Assembly (NCBI RefSeq): GCF_006345805.1 | Contig: NC_043015.1 | Coordinates: 4,836,001-4,900,000, forward strand | DNA from: Octopus sinensis | Lineage: Eukaryota | Reading direction: 5' to 3' | DNA length: 64,000 nucleotides | In this document: in pieces, positions 1-13,278 of the stretch | Layout: each line of letters opens with the position of its first letter | Numbering within the stretch: position 1 is the stretch's first letter | Notes under the pieces: generated by a model | Databases searched by the model: none | What the model saw: the letters and a program-made list of their open reading frames with translations, nothing else | What the model was told of the DNA's origin: nothing | Position numbers and translations under genes: made by a program

Positions 1-123
1 TATATATATATATATTATATATATATATATATAATATATATATATATATAAATAAAATATTATTTATATTATATATTTATATATATATATATACATATAT
101 ATATATTTATATATATTATATAT
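1..123. repeat. (TA)n microsatellite flanking the LINE 3' end
   Basis: Almost pure TA dinucleotide run. Confidence 0.95.
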
Positions 124-2789
124 AAATCCTTAAATCCTTAAAAATGTTTTAGCCCGAAAGCCGCGGCCATGCTGGGGCACCACCGCTGAATGAGCTACAC
201 TAATTTGTGAATCCAACTCTGATACGTGGCACTTGATCAACAAGGGAGTTCGATGCTGCTGCCCGCATCCGCGTCTCCTGTTGAGAGGTAGGCTCATCTG
301 GGACTCCCATCAAGAAGAGATCCAGTTTAGTTTTAAAGAAACCCACACCCACACCATGTAAGTCTCTCAGGCATTTAGGGAGGATGTTAAAGAGCTGTGG
401 TCCTCTGAAACCCAAGCTGTTGCAGTATCTGGACCTGTATTTTGATGGTGATGTTGGAATCCTTGGCACCATGCAGTGGCGCCCCGTTCTGCGGTTGGAG
501 TAACTTTGAATGCCAAAGTTTGGGACAAGACCCTCCAGGATTTTCCAGATGTATATCACCGCATATCTCTCCCGCCTCCGCTCTAGGGAGAAGAGGTTTA
601 ATACCTTCAGTCTTTCCCAGTAGCTGATATTTTGCATTGAGACGATTTTCTTTGTGTAGCTTCTCTGAATTGCTTCGAGTTCTGCTGTTAGTTTTATATT
701 GTGTGGTGACCAAAGTTGGGAGCAGTAGTCCAAGCGGCTTAGGACGAATGTTTTCCATAGGACCATCAGTGTCTCCTTCTCTCTTGTTCTGAAAGTTCGG
801 AGAATTCATCCAACTAGCCGTCTGCATTTTATCACCAGATTAGCAATATGCATTTGGAAAGATGCATCATTGCTCATGTCAATGCTCAGGTCACGCACTG
901 ATTTTGACTCAGGGATTGCAATTCTTCCTGGGCCAGTGTATCCAGTCTTCACGTCATTTACCTTTGTGTGCCAGTAGCACAGGGCCTGGAACTTACCTGC
1001 ATTAAACTGCATGTTGTTGTCCTCAGCCCAACTGTATATTGTGTCCAGCTCATGTTGCAGATGCGCAATATTTTCAGGGTTTTGTATTGCGTGGGAGACT
1101 TTTGTGTCATCTGCATAGCTAGCAAGGGTGGTCATCGTAGCAACTGAAGGCATGTCTGAAAGGGCCACTATGAACATCAATGGCCCCAAGACAGTGCCCT
1201 GTGGGACACCGCTTGTTATTTGCGTTTCCTTGGAGGTGGCTCCATTGCTCACAACTGCCTGTTTTCTGTCTTTTAGGAAGTTGTGCAGCCACTCTCCAAG
1301 TTTCCCGCTTATGCCGAGACCACGCAGTTTGTGACAGATCATACCATGGTCGACTTTATCAAAGGCTTTTGCAAAGTAGAAATATATTACATCCACATTT
1401 GAGCCATTTAGTAGCTGTTTCAACACCCAGTCATAGTGTTGCAGGAGCTGTGTTAGGCAGCCTCTACTTGTTCGAAATCCATGCTGGGTGTCAGACAGCA
1501 AGTCATTTTCTTCAAGGAACATGATTAGTTTCTTACGGACTATTCGTTCCATGACTTTGCTGATGTGTGAGGTCAGAGAGATAGGCCTATAATTTGTAGC
1601 ATCTGCTCTGCTACCTCCCTTATGGTTAGGGCATATTACCCCCTCTTTCAATTTGACTGGGAGCTTACCACTTGCAAGAAAGCTCTGAAAAAGAAGCTGT
1701 AGCGGCTCGTTTGCACGATTTGAGAAGGATCGCTGGGAATCCATCAGGTCCAGCAGCTGAGTTTGTGTCAATCTCATCAATGGCTAGTGTGATATCATCA
1801 TCTTCGATGTTGATGTACTCAATTTTTGTCTCTTTGGCCGCAGGTAAAGTGGCAACGAATTGTTCTGGGTTGTTTACTTACCTGTGTCCTAGAGGTGTAG
1901 TGAACACACTTTGGAACTTTTCGTTCAGTATTTCACTTATCCTCGTGGGATTTCCTGTGAGAGAGCCATCTTTTTGGAAGAGAGGTCCTATTCTCTGGTG
2001 CACTGTGGCTGTCTCTTTGGCAAACTTAAAGAAAGCTTTAGGGCTTGATTTTATATTTTCTATTACCCAAGCTTCTTTATCTGCTCTCTCCTTTTCATGG
2101 GACTGATGTAGACTTTTCTCATTTTCCATTAGCATTCTTTCGAGCCGAGACTTCTCACCACTTTTGATGTGCTTGCTCAGGCGGTTTGCAACCCTTGTCC
2201 GTCGTCTCATAAGAATCCTCCTTTCTCTAGGGATCCTGTTTTTGTTCTTGTGTGTGCTGGCCCTGCACACTGGGACATATTTGTCACATATGGCTTGTAT
2301 TATGGACATGAAGTGTTTGTGTTTCATGTTTATGTCCGGTTTGGAGAGACATTCAGGTCAATCCTGCTTGAGGATCTCTTTCTCAATCAACTTCCAGATG
2401 GCTTTATGAAAGTTTAAGTTGGAGAGATGGTGGGTGATTTGTATAGGCTGTGTGTCTACGGGGGCTTTTGTTCCATACATAGTCAGCTCTATTATGTTGT
2501 GATCCGAGATCATTGTCGGCATCACGTTAACATTATGGATAATATCCATTTTGTTTGTGAAGCAGAGATCCAGCATATTATCTGCCCTTGTTGGTTGCAG
2601 AACTATTTCCTCCATGAAAGAGGCATTTGTGAGATGGAGCAGGGACTCCACCTGTGCCTGCTGATGGTGTGTCATCCCTGGGAGCATCTGCCCCCCAGGC
2701 CATTCCACATTGGGGAGATTAAAGTCACACATGAAAAATACACTGTTGTGTTGTTTCACATACTGAGTTTGAATATGACAGCAGGACCT
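124..2789 (-). mobile_element. 5'-truncated CR1/L2-group LINE (APE endonuclease end + RT + C-terminal domain + short 3' UTR with (TAAGGATT)n tail)
   Basis: Minus-strand ORF pieces carry APE motifs (CDFNLP, PTR..LDL, SDH), RT motifs (NYRPISLTS, QHGFR, FAKAFDKVDH, GVPQGTVLGP, YADD) and the CR1-type C-terminus (YWERLKVLNLFSLERRRERY). Stop at 200-202; tail repeat TAAGGATT x2 at 124-140. Confidence 0.92.
200..2759 (-). pseudogene. Disrupted LINE ORF2 (pieces 2358-2759, 1878-2327, 806-1780, 200-766)
   Basis: Four collinear ORF fragments separated by frameshifts or stops; domain order EN-RT-CTD is preserved. Confidence 0.9.
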
Positions 2790-2907
2790 ATATATATATA
2801 TATAGAATATTATATATATTATATGTATATATATTTATATAGATATATATAGAATATTATATATATTATATGTATATAATTTATATATATTGAATATGAC
2901 AGCAGGA

Positions 2908-2945
<38 letters not shown>

Positions 2946-3075
2946 ATTATATATATTATATGTATATATATTTATATATATATATAGAATATTATATATA
3001 TTATATGTATACATATTATATGTATATTTATTCATATATATATATATAGAATATTATATATATTATATGTATATA

Positions 3076-3114
<39 letters not shown>

Positions 3115-3141
3115 TATATATATATATATATTATAGAATAT

Positions 3142-3187
<46 letters not shown>

Positions 3188-3362
3188 TTATATATTTATA
3201 TATATATATATTTATATATATATTATATATATATATTATTATATATATATATATTTATATATATATATATATTTATTATATATATATATTTATATATATA
3301 TGTATATATATATATATATTTATATATATATGTATATATATATATATATGTATATATATAAT

Positions 3363-3442
<80 letters not shown>

Positions 3443-3690
3443 TGTATATATATTATATATATGTATATAATATATATATGTATATATATATATGTGTGTG
3501 TATATATATATATACACACACACAGAGTGAGATAAAGAGAGAGAGACAGACAGAGACGGTGAGACAGAGAAGGAGGGAAAAATATATATAGATAGATACA
3601 TAAATAGATAGATAGATATATAGATAGACAGACAGACAGAGGTAGAGAGAGAGAGGCGTGGGAAAGACGTACATACTTACGTACAGTCAG
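2790..3690. repeat. Compound (TA)n/(CA)n/(GA)n/(GATA)n/(GACA)n array with higher-order AGAATATTATATATATTATATG units
   Basis: Direct reading; the AGAATATT unit recurs at about 2804, 2831, 2941, 2986, 3047 and 3137. Confidence 0.9.
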
Positions 3691-4201
3691 GCAGAAAGAT
3701 TAATAGAATGATTGAGTGATTAAGTGATTGATTGGTTGATTTATCCAGCTCCTGTCCATCAGTAACATCTGTGCTCATCTTAAGTTATGTTTCATGAATA
3801 TGAGTACTCGGCCTATGCCTGCCCTCACAGGTCAATATTCAAACAGATATGTATATGGAATTATATTTTCGGTATCACACATCCTCACAATCATACATGT
3901 ACCAGTAAATAATGAAACGGATTTACTCCACGATACTGATATTTACAGACCGACTATATCCACTTTCTTTTGTTCTTGTCAATAACGTTAACATTAGTCA
4001 AGGAGAAGTTACATAACTTTGCATTGATTTGCTGTAGCATTCTGCGCTATTACACATATAGACAATTGGAATTCACGGTATTGTTTAATCTGGTTCACAA
4101 AAATTCTTGTGAAAGAAGAAACTATTGAAGGTGTTACCTATTTAATCTACCTGAGTAATATTATTGATACTGAGATATATGTCCTGTCCAGAATTAAAAT
4201 C

Positions 4202-4323
4202 CTGCTGTGCTACCATGTTGTCCATGAAAAATTTAGAAACTTAGAAAATTAGAAAATTACTGCTGTGCTACCATATTTTCCATGAGAAAACTTAGAATCT
4301 TAGAAACTTAGAAAATTACTGCT
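4202..4323. repeat. Diverged tandem repeat, about 58-bp period, just over 2 copies
   Basis: CTGCTGTGCTACCAT at 4202 and 4260, partial CTGCT at 4319; internal TTAGAAAA subrepeats. Confidence 0.8.
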
Positions 4324-6849
4324 AAGATCGCCAAAATGATGAATGCATCCCATAGCGTGTACACGGCATACTCCAAATAACATAGCGATGTAGCATCACA
4401 GAATTTAAAATGCTGGGAAGAACCAATCTAAGCAGTTTGTAGGCGATTGTTGGGGAAAAAAATTGAGCCAGGTAGGTTATATTTTCTCACTACCTATTGA
4501 ACGAATTCGCAAGTCAGCTACACAGTTGCATGAAGAAATGGAGAGAGGTTCAAGAAAATGTGGCACCCCACATTCAAATAAGATCCGAAGCAACTTTATA
4601 TTACCTGGATAGATGCATGCAGCTATGTGTAAAAACAGAACTAGTAGAGATGTATCACTGCCTGATATACAAGTAAAGGAAAATCTAAAGCGAAAACTGG
4701 GACACTTAATTTGTTACATTTAAAATGTCAATGTAATGTTAAATACGAGCTCGTGATAAGAAATAACTCTGCGTTAAATCAATTACACTATCTTCAATAT
4801 TGACTTAAAGGATAATGTGTCCAGCATTGTACTGTAAACCAACCAATGTTCACGGATAGAATGCTTTTCATATTATATTGCTCAATTAGTCATGACTAGA
4901 AACCAACGAGCAACAATATAATCTGATTAGCTTACTGTCCACACCAAATCAACAAAACACATGCTTAATCACTTGAATCGAAGTTAGTTTTTCCTATAAA
5001 GCAATATGAATGTAAGTCTTTTTTTTCTTTCGTGTAAAGCAAATTTTTGTCATAAATCGAGTCAATGACGATAGCAAACTATGACGTGCGTGTTTATTTC
5101 CTATATTTTCGTCAGATTTGAACGTAAATATGTTTGTCGCTGTTGTGCTCGTCAAGGAGACCAGCAAATTCATTCACATGACTATGTACTCATAAGTTAC
5201 TTGATTCCTTAGAACGAGTGAGGCAGAGACACTGATGCTTCGATATGTTGTGTCTCGTCAGCCAGACGTACATGGTTCAATGAATGTAGCAAATCCTTGT
5301 GACCTCGTCTATAACTTCAGAGAACGACATTTTTTACTGATCCTTGTTTATCTTCATATGCAGATGGAAAAAGAAGATTCGAAACGATAATTTACGTATT
5401 TGCTCAAAATATATATATCAACAATATTAATAAAAATCTTGAATTGCACATAACAGAATGTTCACTAATGAATAACTGATTGTCATTATGTTTTAATACA
5501 GGCTTCCGGTTTCTTTAATGTATGTGTACAAGATACCCCATATGGAACGCATTCGACAGTATTCTTCTCCATTGAAATTGCTGGCTGCTCAAGAATATTT
5601 GATTTAACAAAAACCTGAATATGAATGAGCAAATCGAAATGTCTCGCGGGCAAATAGCAAGCAAGGAAGTAGTAAAAGGAAAGAATCGCTGAGGAAAATC
5701 AAGCGAATGCCAATAGATGTAGACAAATGTGCTCATAAATTTCTTAGCTGTTCAAGAATTTGGACCTGGAGATCTCAATTTTAAGCGACTCTGAAGGCCA
5801 CTCCCAGTGGTGTCGGACGTCAAACGTAGAGCCCTCGACTACAACAAGACGACGAAATTTTTTTTTCAAATGTCTGGGGTCTGCCGCCCCTAAGCCCTAG
5901 ACCATCACCTAATCATCCTCACCCGTCTTGCTGCTTAACAACAAAAAACAACAAAACATTTCTTATGATTAAATTGTATTTTCAAGCTATGTGCCCTAAA
6001 ACATAAATAAGTACGTCAACATTTTTCTTGGGATCATGTTGAACATATCTAGGTTGAATTTACTGTAATATTTAAGGAACCATGGCAGAAATCTTCTCAA
6101 GGATAGCGGTAGCTTATGTTGATAAGAATATTGTAAACCCAAGTGTAGCAGAGGGACAAATTGTTGATGTGTAACTTAAAGACGTGTTTTAGAAAATCTA
6201 AGTTATTGAGCTTCATTATCAAGCACTGAGGCAATTTTCTCAAGAAAAAAGGCAATAACTAAATAGCTATGAATTGAATCTATTCTTAAAAGAAAACAGC
6301 GTGTTCAATGTTGCGAAAATGCATGGCATAGACTCAATACTAGGGCTGTCAATATCACTCATGGTGTTGAGGGTTACACTGACATTTTAGTGCACTAATT
6401 CTCATAGTAGGGTCCATGAGCGGAATACTGGTCTATCTTGATTTTGGAATTTACTATAAATCTGGTTTAATCCATATTTCAGGATCACGCAATATATACA
6501 ATGAACTACATTAATTGTCCATAATTGATTCATAAAATAATTCAAGAGCTTCTAAAATCTGTAGTTTCAGATTCTTCGTAAGTTTCGTTTCGCTACAGGT
6601 TCGGCTAATAAGTTGCAGTCATTCCTGCCCACTTGGTCCCAAAAAAAACAGCAGACAATATTTCTATAAATATTGTGTGGTAAATTAGAATGAGAAAGGA
6701 AAGACACCTTAAAGCATAAAGGCATAAGGTTTTTAGGTGGATGGTGTGGAAGAAATGAGTTTATTGTAGTGATACTTGGAGAGGTTTTTGAAAGTCAACA
6801 AACCCTTGGAGACTGTGGATTAACAATTTCTGGGTCCTCAAAACGAGCC

Positions 6850-7315
6850 CCGAGCGTGATAAAAATTAAACATCCATGATCACTAGTCATAGCGACATTC
6901 TGCCTCTATTCGTTTAATTACACAGCCTCACACTCATCACGGACGCATAAATGAAGTGCCTTGCAGGCAGTGGTACTGCCATGGGGAAGAGGATGGCTGC
7001 TGTAAGAGGCTATTTCTGGAAAAAGGACTCTGCACCATGCCACATAATCAAGAGACCTCATTCATGGCTGTCAGTCAATTTCTGTGACCACATCACACTT
7101 AATATCTTGCCACCTAACTCCCCAAATCAGTTGATTATTATATGTGGGGCACAGCTGATCGAAAGATCAACGAGGCTCCTTCTTGCGACAAAGATAAACT
7201 AAGCGCAGGGATTATAGCTGCACTCACAAAGTTAAATAGGGAGACCGTCCTGAAAATATGCAGGAGATTCCGGTGTCGTCTGAAGACTGAAGCCAATGGC
7301 GATTTTATTGAATAA
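6850..7315 (+). mobile_element. Tc1/mariner transposase C-terminal relic, DD37D (maT)-like
   Basis: Frameshifted translation ...VVLPW/KRMAAVRGYFWKKDSAPCH...HITLNILPPNSP.../DYYMWG...ICRRFRCRL..EANGDFIE*. Spacing between the DSAPCH Asp and the DYY Asp fits about 37 residues once a small deletion is allowed. Confidence 0.8.
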
Positions 7316-7338
7316 ATGTACTCTCTCTACACACACAC

Positions 7339-7391
<53 letters not shown>

Positions 7392-7416
7392 CCTATTTAA
7401 TTTTTTTTAGTTATCA

Positions 7417-7585
7417 ATTTACTTGCTTCGGTCATTAGAATGAGGAAATTCTAGAGCATTGCTTTGAATTAACCTCAGCAATTTGAAAATAATCTAGTAC
7501 TTATTTTGTCAGTTTATTTGCCGATCCACTAGGTTAACTAAGTTACGCGACGTGAACATATCAACACTGGTTGTCAAGGGGTTGT
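7417..7585 (-). mobile_element. Old 3' fragment of SINE family A
   Basis: Decayed matches to TTACTTGTTTCAGTCATT, TAGTACTTATT and CTGGTTGTCAAG of the younger copies. Confidence 0.55.
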
Positions 7586-7934
7586 AATGGGAAAACGCAA
7601 CACAAAAACACACGTGATAGCATTTTCACTTCTGCCTAATTTAGACAATTCACACTGTATAAATACATACATACGTATATGTACACAAACACACACACAT
7701 ACACACACACACACACACAATAGGATACTGAACATTTCCTGTCTTTATGTGTATCATGAAAGGCCTGGTTGGAGACGCACATTTTCGAGTTCTTTTTACA
7801 GCGCTTAGAAATGGTGAAGTTTTGTTGCAATAAGTCTGTCTATATGAGAGGGTAATATGTTCAATAAAATCATAATTAACTGATCCTCCTCTATTTTCTT
7901 TTACATAAAAATCAAGAACTTTTCAATGCAATCT

Positions 7935-8009
<75 letters not shown>

Positions 8010-9131
8010 TTGTAGGTGTTCGTGGTTGCATGTGTACAAGTATGTGCGTGCATGTATGAATGTATGTGCATATGGCTATATAACGGTTTAAATTGTGTCT
8101 TTATGAAGATAAGTAAATCGAAAAAATTAAAATCCCGCTTACTAAAGATCGTAAATAGACAGCATTGAACAATATAGTGCAAAGCACTCGATGCACTTAT
8201 CATGCCGTGGTCTAGATTACTGTACAACGTAAGATTGTAGTTCGCTGCTGGTGCTGATACTTAGAACTTACATATTTACTATTTAGTAGGCGGATGTGTT
8301 CGACGATATATTGCATTTCTTTCACGTGTATAACACTGAGCGACGTACATCTCCTAAATGTGACTCTTTCAAGAAATTTTCTTGTTGTATTACATATATT
8401 CAAGCACTTACATAACTTCTAAACTTACTGATTCGAAATAATTAAATGTACGTAGGAGTACTTATGTAGAACATAGTTATGATATATCGGGTGATTTAAG
8501 ATATACTATAAACTGTAAATGTTTTTTTATATGTAACTATATAAAAAAAGCACTTGTTTATAGTATAATGCATTTTTCTATTTTTTGTATTTTACTGCCT
8601 TTCGGATGAGAGATTTACTAATTAAGGTAGATTGTAAACCTGAATTCGATGCAATATCTAAAAAGTACATTAACAATGTACTGTGGAATATCATTTAGAC
8701 AATGTTAAAAAAGGAAAAAAAAAAGAAGAAATATAAAAAATATTAATTAAAAAAGAAAGTTATATCAATTTTAAAAATATATGGGCAACTCATTATTTTG
8801 ATAGATCAGCCTTCCTTTGCTGAAAGGCATTGCAGGATTTCAGTCGCAAAATTGTAGAAGAAATGAAAAGAAATAATTGGACTTCAGAATTGAAATCATT
8901 AGTTATAAAATGATACCCCAAAATAATATAAGCTGTTAAAGTAATGAAGCGACCAGACTATAAATATAGATTTGCGTAAATAAATTCATTTTCAACTATG
9001 TACCATTAATTATTATTCCAATTTCTTCTAACGACTAAAGCGCTAAATTATGTCAAATTTTGCGGAGTTAATTCCTTATCTAGTTGCTTCTATCATCAGG
9101 GTTTAACTAAAAAGTAAACAACTGATAAGTT

Positions 9132-9534
9132 AGTGGCTGTGTGGTAAGTAGCTCGCTAACCAACCACATGGTTCCGGGTTCAGTCCCACTGCGTGGCATC
9201 TTGGGCAAGTGTCTTCTGCTATAGCCCCGAGCCGACCAATGCCTTGTGAGTGGATTTGGTAGACGGAAACTGAAAGAAACCCATCGTATATATGTATATA
9301 TATATATGTGTGTGTGTATGTGTTTGTGTGTCTGTGTTTCTCCCCCTAGCATTGCTTGACAACCGATGCTGGTGTGTTTATGTCCCCGTTACTTAGCGGT
9401 TCTGCAAAAGAGACCGATAGAATAAGTACTGGGCTTACAATGAATAAGTCTCGGGGTCGATTTGCTCAACTAAAGGCGGTTCTCCAGCATGGACGCAGTC
9501 AAAAGACTGAAACAAGTAAAAGAGTAAAAGAGTA
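9132..9534 (+). mobile_element. SINE family A (tRNA-like head, CORE-like TTGGGCAAGTG block, internal TA/TG microsatellite, (GTAAAAGA)n tail)
   Basis: A-box-like TGGCTGTGTGG, B-box-like GGTTCAGTCCC, collinear with more than 8 other copies in this window. Resemblance to described octopus SINE families is from memory only. Confidence 0.9.
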
Positions 9535-10559
9535 ATATGTTCTAACCCAGGAAGGAAATTATAAGGAAAGTTAAGAGGTTAATTAAATTTACATAAAATA
9601 TTTGTACCTCGTTCAGTCGAATATTTTTTTTTAAATATCTAATTAGATATTAATGAAAGTCTTTTGTTTAAAAATATCAGCGTATTTATTTAAAATTAAG
9701 TTAAAGCTCTATAAAAACAACATATTTATTTGGCACTATATTAGAATATAAAAAAGGGACAATGTTAATACGTCACTAATTGTTTTTCGAAATGGCGGCT
9801 AAGAATAATTTATAAATGCAAATTGATTTATACGAATTAATATACAAAGTCCTCGTAGACAGAGAGAGGTATTTAGTCATTTGCTGAATAAATTAAGATG
9901 GAAACGTTCAATTGCATCCGTCCGTTTATCTTCATAGTGTGAATGTATTAAAGTACATTCGGTAATTGAATGACTTTTATAATGTAATCAGTAACGTGGG
10001 CGTCCTTCAGTATTATATAATGATAGATGCCGGGGCCGTATCTCATCGGAAAATCTGTTGTTATATCCTTAGATAATGCTTGCAAATATATAGTGCAATG
10101 CATACACACACAGACCCTCACACACACACACTATAAATGTATAAACGGATTTATATATGTGGTTGTGTGTATGTGTGTATACAGATTGTTCGGGCTAAAT
10201 TTGACGTTTGCATATAAGAAAATGAGAACAAATTATCATCTAGTATACCAAGCGCTTATTCAAAACTTAGGATACTATCAACTGGCTGGGATATAATATT
10301 TCAATGAAATTAGCTGGTTTCAGATTCCACCACCACCTCAAGACTTCTATGGAATCTGGTGTGTGCGAGTTTGTCTATTACTCTTGGAACATCTTGAAAC
10401 ACCTACTTCATCTTAGACACCACTTTGGCCTTGGTGTTGCAGGGAGAGCAGTCGGTTTCCTTTTCAGCCGCACCCTATTCTTAGTAATTCGTGTGATGAC
10501 AATTGTGTGAATTAGAAGACTAGAAATTGCGGCTGGTGAAGTAATAGAAATTCCTTGAG

Positions 10560-11290
10560 AACAACTTTTGATTATTTACCGAAGTATGGCAAGGATCCGA
10601 ATCCTACTGCTACATATAGAGCCTAACAACAGCAACCCATCCAACCAGAGATTTACCATAGTATGCAGCAGCCCCAAACAACTGTCTGAATGCAGCATAA
10701 GGCTGCGTTCAAAGATGGGGGTGGGATTCTGCTTTGCGAATTCAATTCGAAAGCTTGCTGTGTATGTCCTTGCTAGGCACCGATTCGTATTCTCCGTTGT
10801 AGCTGTCATGTGGCATCATACAGCTATTACAGTGGTCACAGATTAATGACTAGCAGTCATAATCTCGCCATTTTCATACCAGGCGCGAATCATCATGATA
10901 CAGATAAATTATTCTTTCGTTTGCGATAAAGAAAATCACTGACTTTTACCCGGGCAAAATGGTAGCAATGGCCTTGCATGTGGCTATTCCACTAACGGTT
11001 GTCTTCATCCACATTAACGACTGCAGTTTCCATGCGTAACGCGACGTCCTGCTACTCGACGAGGCAACTGAGAGGTAACTTACACTGAATTGCATGACCC
11101 AAAACAATGTTTTACCACTTCTAATATGCCAGTGATTAATTCGATTTCGTAAGCAAAACATTCATTTTGTTCTGACATGGAAAAGCATTTTCGCTGTAAA
11201 CAAATTATGCAAATACACCTAAATCGTCTGGCAACGAGAAATATTTTCTATGACAAAATGATGGCCTGTTGCTTAATTTGAACTTACCAC
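10560..11290 (+). mobile_element. Possible heavily decayed retroelement gag-RT relic (DIRS/Ngaro-like)
   Basis: GC-richer island. Broken translation gives a Cys-rich CEFNSKAC..CPC*...RCSC segment followed by SDMEK(A)FR...FYDKMM, resembling RT motif 3. Confidence 0.3.
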
Positions 11291-11419
11291 TAGCGTATTC
11301 CAATTGGTAGAAACATTACATTTATACATATCACTGCTCAACGCCCCTACCTCATAAGTTATGTGTTCATATGCTTCCAATATGTCTTCTACTTCTTGAC
11401 AAGCAACTCTGCTTTCTAT

Positions 11420-11600
11420 TAAACTGCGCCCATGCTGGAGTACTCCGTTGAAGGATCTTCAATAATTTTAAGCCCGTTACATATTTTATCGGTCTATTTT
11501 GGCTAACAGCTAAGTTACGAGGACCTCAACACAATTACACCGGCAGTCCAGTAGGAGTGGTGGAGCACAAATACTGACATACAAACACATGCATATATAT
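11420..11600 (-). mobile_element. Old 3' fragment of SINE family A
   Basis: ACTGCGCCCATGCTGGAG, ATCGGTCTATTTTGGC and CTAAGTTACGAGGAC match the family A 3' half. Confidence 0.55.
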
Positions 11601-13140
11601 TACGGTTAGCAGCCTAGAAGTACCACTCTAATTTGTAAAACTGGAAACATTACATATATTTTCGCTTCAAATTTTTGGTAAACTGGTGTTGCAAGCAGAT
11701 TTTGTACAGGAACAATTGTAAAGAATTATCAAAGAATTGTCATCGTCTTATAATTGAGATTGTTTACTCGTCGTTAAACTCTCTTTACGGTGCATTCATC
11801 GCACCTCAGCGGAATACGGACATTTCCTGGAACGCGACAGTGATGACAGCTTAGTATTCGGGTTGAGTGCTGCTCTGGAAGTACCCTAACTTTACTCCCT
11901 AACACGAACGAAGCCTATATACATATATATATGTGTGGAGGGTGCGTGTGTGTTTGCGTATGTATATATTTGTGTGTTTCTATTCTTCTCTGATTTAAAG
12001 TACACAAGGAACGTTAACGTGTTAGTTAGAAAGTTTTTCTTTGTGCTTGGCATATTTAAAATTAAAAGTGCGGAGAAAATAGTACATAAGTATCGTTCGA
12101 TGGTTTTCAATGTATGTAAATAATGAATAAATTATTTTCTAAATTAGTTTTCGTTAAACAAATATATTCCTTGAATACGAAATATTATCAGCAGAATATA
12201 CTTTTTGCATTTCAATGTATTGATTTCTAAAGACAAATAATTTAATTAGCGCTTTATATATATATATGTAAGTCCTATATGAATGGCGTGTATGGATTTA
12301 GAATGTTGCGTTGGATACTTAATATCTGTATATGCTAATTCTAGCGCAAAGTTTATACCGACGTCTGAATATATTTAGCGTTATCTTTATTAGAAAATTG
12401 TTATGTTCGTGTTACTTTGAAATATTGTTTATCATAGAAAAAAGCGAAACATTCAACAACACGTGTGCATATATTGAAATTGAATGAGACATTGACAAAA
12501 TCAATTTTTGATTTCTAGGTGTCTATATTTGCGAGATGCCAAAATGATATTGTATACTTACCGAAGTTCGAACTTCTATTGATAAAGCATCAACGATAAT
12601 TTCTCCCCCACCTCATGTATGTGCATAAGTGTGAATCTATCGCACTTCCTCTCACTGCCTCTTTCTCTCTCTCTATCTATGTATATTTCTACCTCATTTC
12701 TCTGTAATACACACACGCACACACATATATATATAATCCCCCAAAACGAAGCAAGCAAGATATGAAACGATAACGCGAGTTCGTGGTACGTGCAAAGTAT
12801 TAGCAGACAGTCAGAGAAGGAAAGAACATATATATATATATATATATACATATAACAATAATTATTTGTGGGAATATTAATCCAAACTTACAGGGAAAAA
12901 AATTTCAATATAGAAATACTAAATCAAATTTCACAAAATAATACATACATATATATATATATATATAAAATTAGAAAAAAAGAAAAAAACCCTTTATAAA
13001 TTCAAAATGAACAATTCAATTACACCATCTAGAAAATTACATATAATAGAGATATAAAAATTAAAATAACAATGAGATACCAATGATTAAGTAAATTGCA
13101 AAAATGGTAATAAAAACGTATATAATTGATAGAATAACGA

Positions 13141-13178
13141 GACGTGTTTCGTGGCTATATTTAAGAAATTATTATAGC
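13141..13178 (-). other. 3' half of a minimal hammerhead-like motif (stem II + GAAAC-AC-GUC); catalytic 5' core missing
   Basis: Minus strand reads GCTATA-loop-TATAGC-CAC-GAAACACGTC; upstream it runs into (TA)n with no CUGANGA. Confidence 0.3.
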
Positions 13179-13278
13179 AAATATATATATATATAAACAA
13201 TTGTAGCGTGGAGGGTGTTTACAAGCTATTTAACAAAAAAATAGAAAACAATAGATTCTCTTCAATATTTACATTTTA

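Noticed and set aside
387-2852. Alternative-frame and antisense ORFs over the LINE
   Set aside because: By-products of the GC-richer ORF2 sequence.
2890-3591. 233-aa IY-rich ORF, and the many similar IY/CV/HT ORFs across the window
   Set aside because: Translation of dinucleotide microsatellites, which lack stops in some frames.
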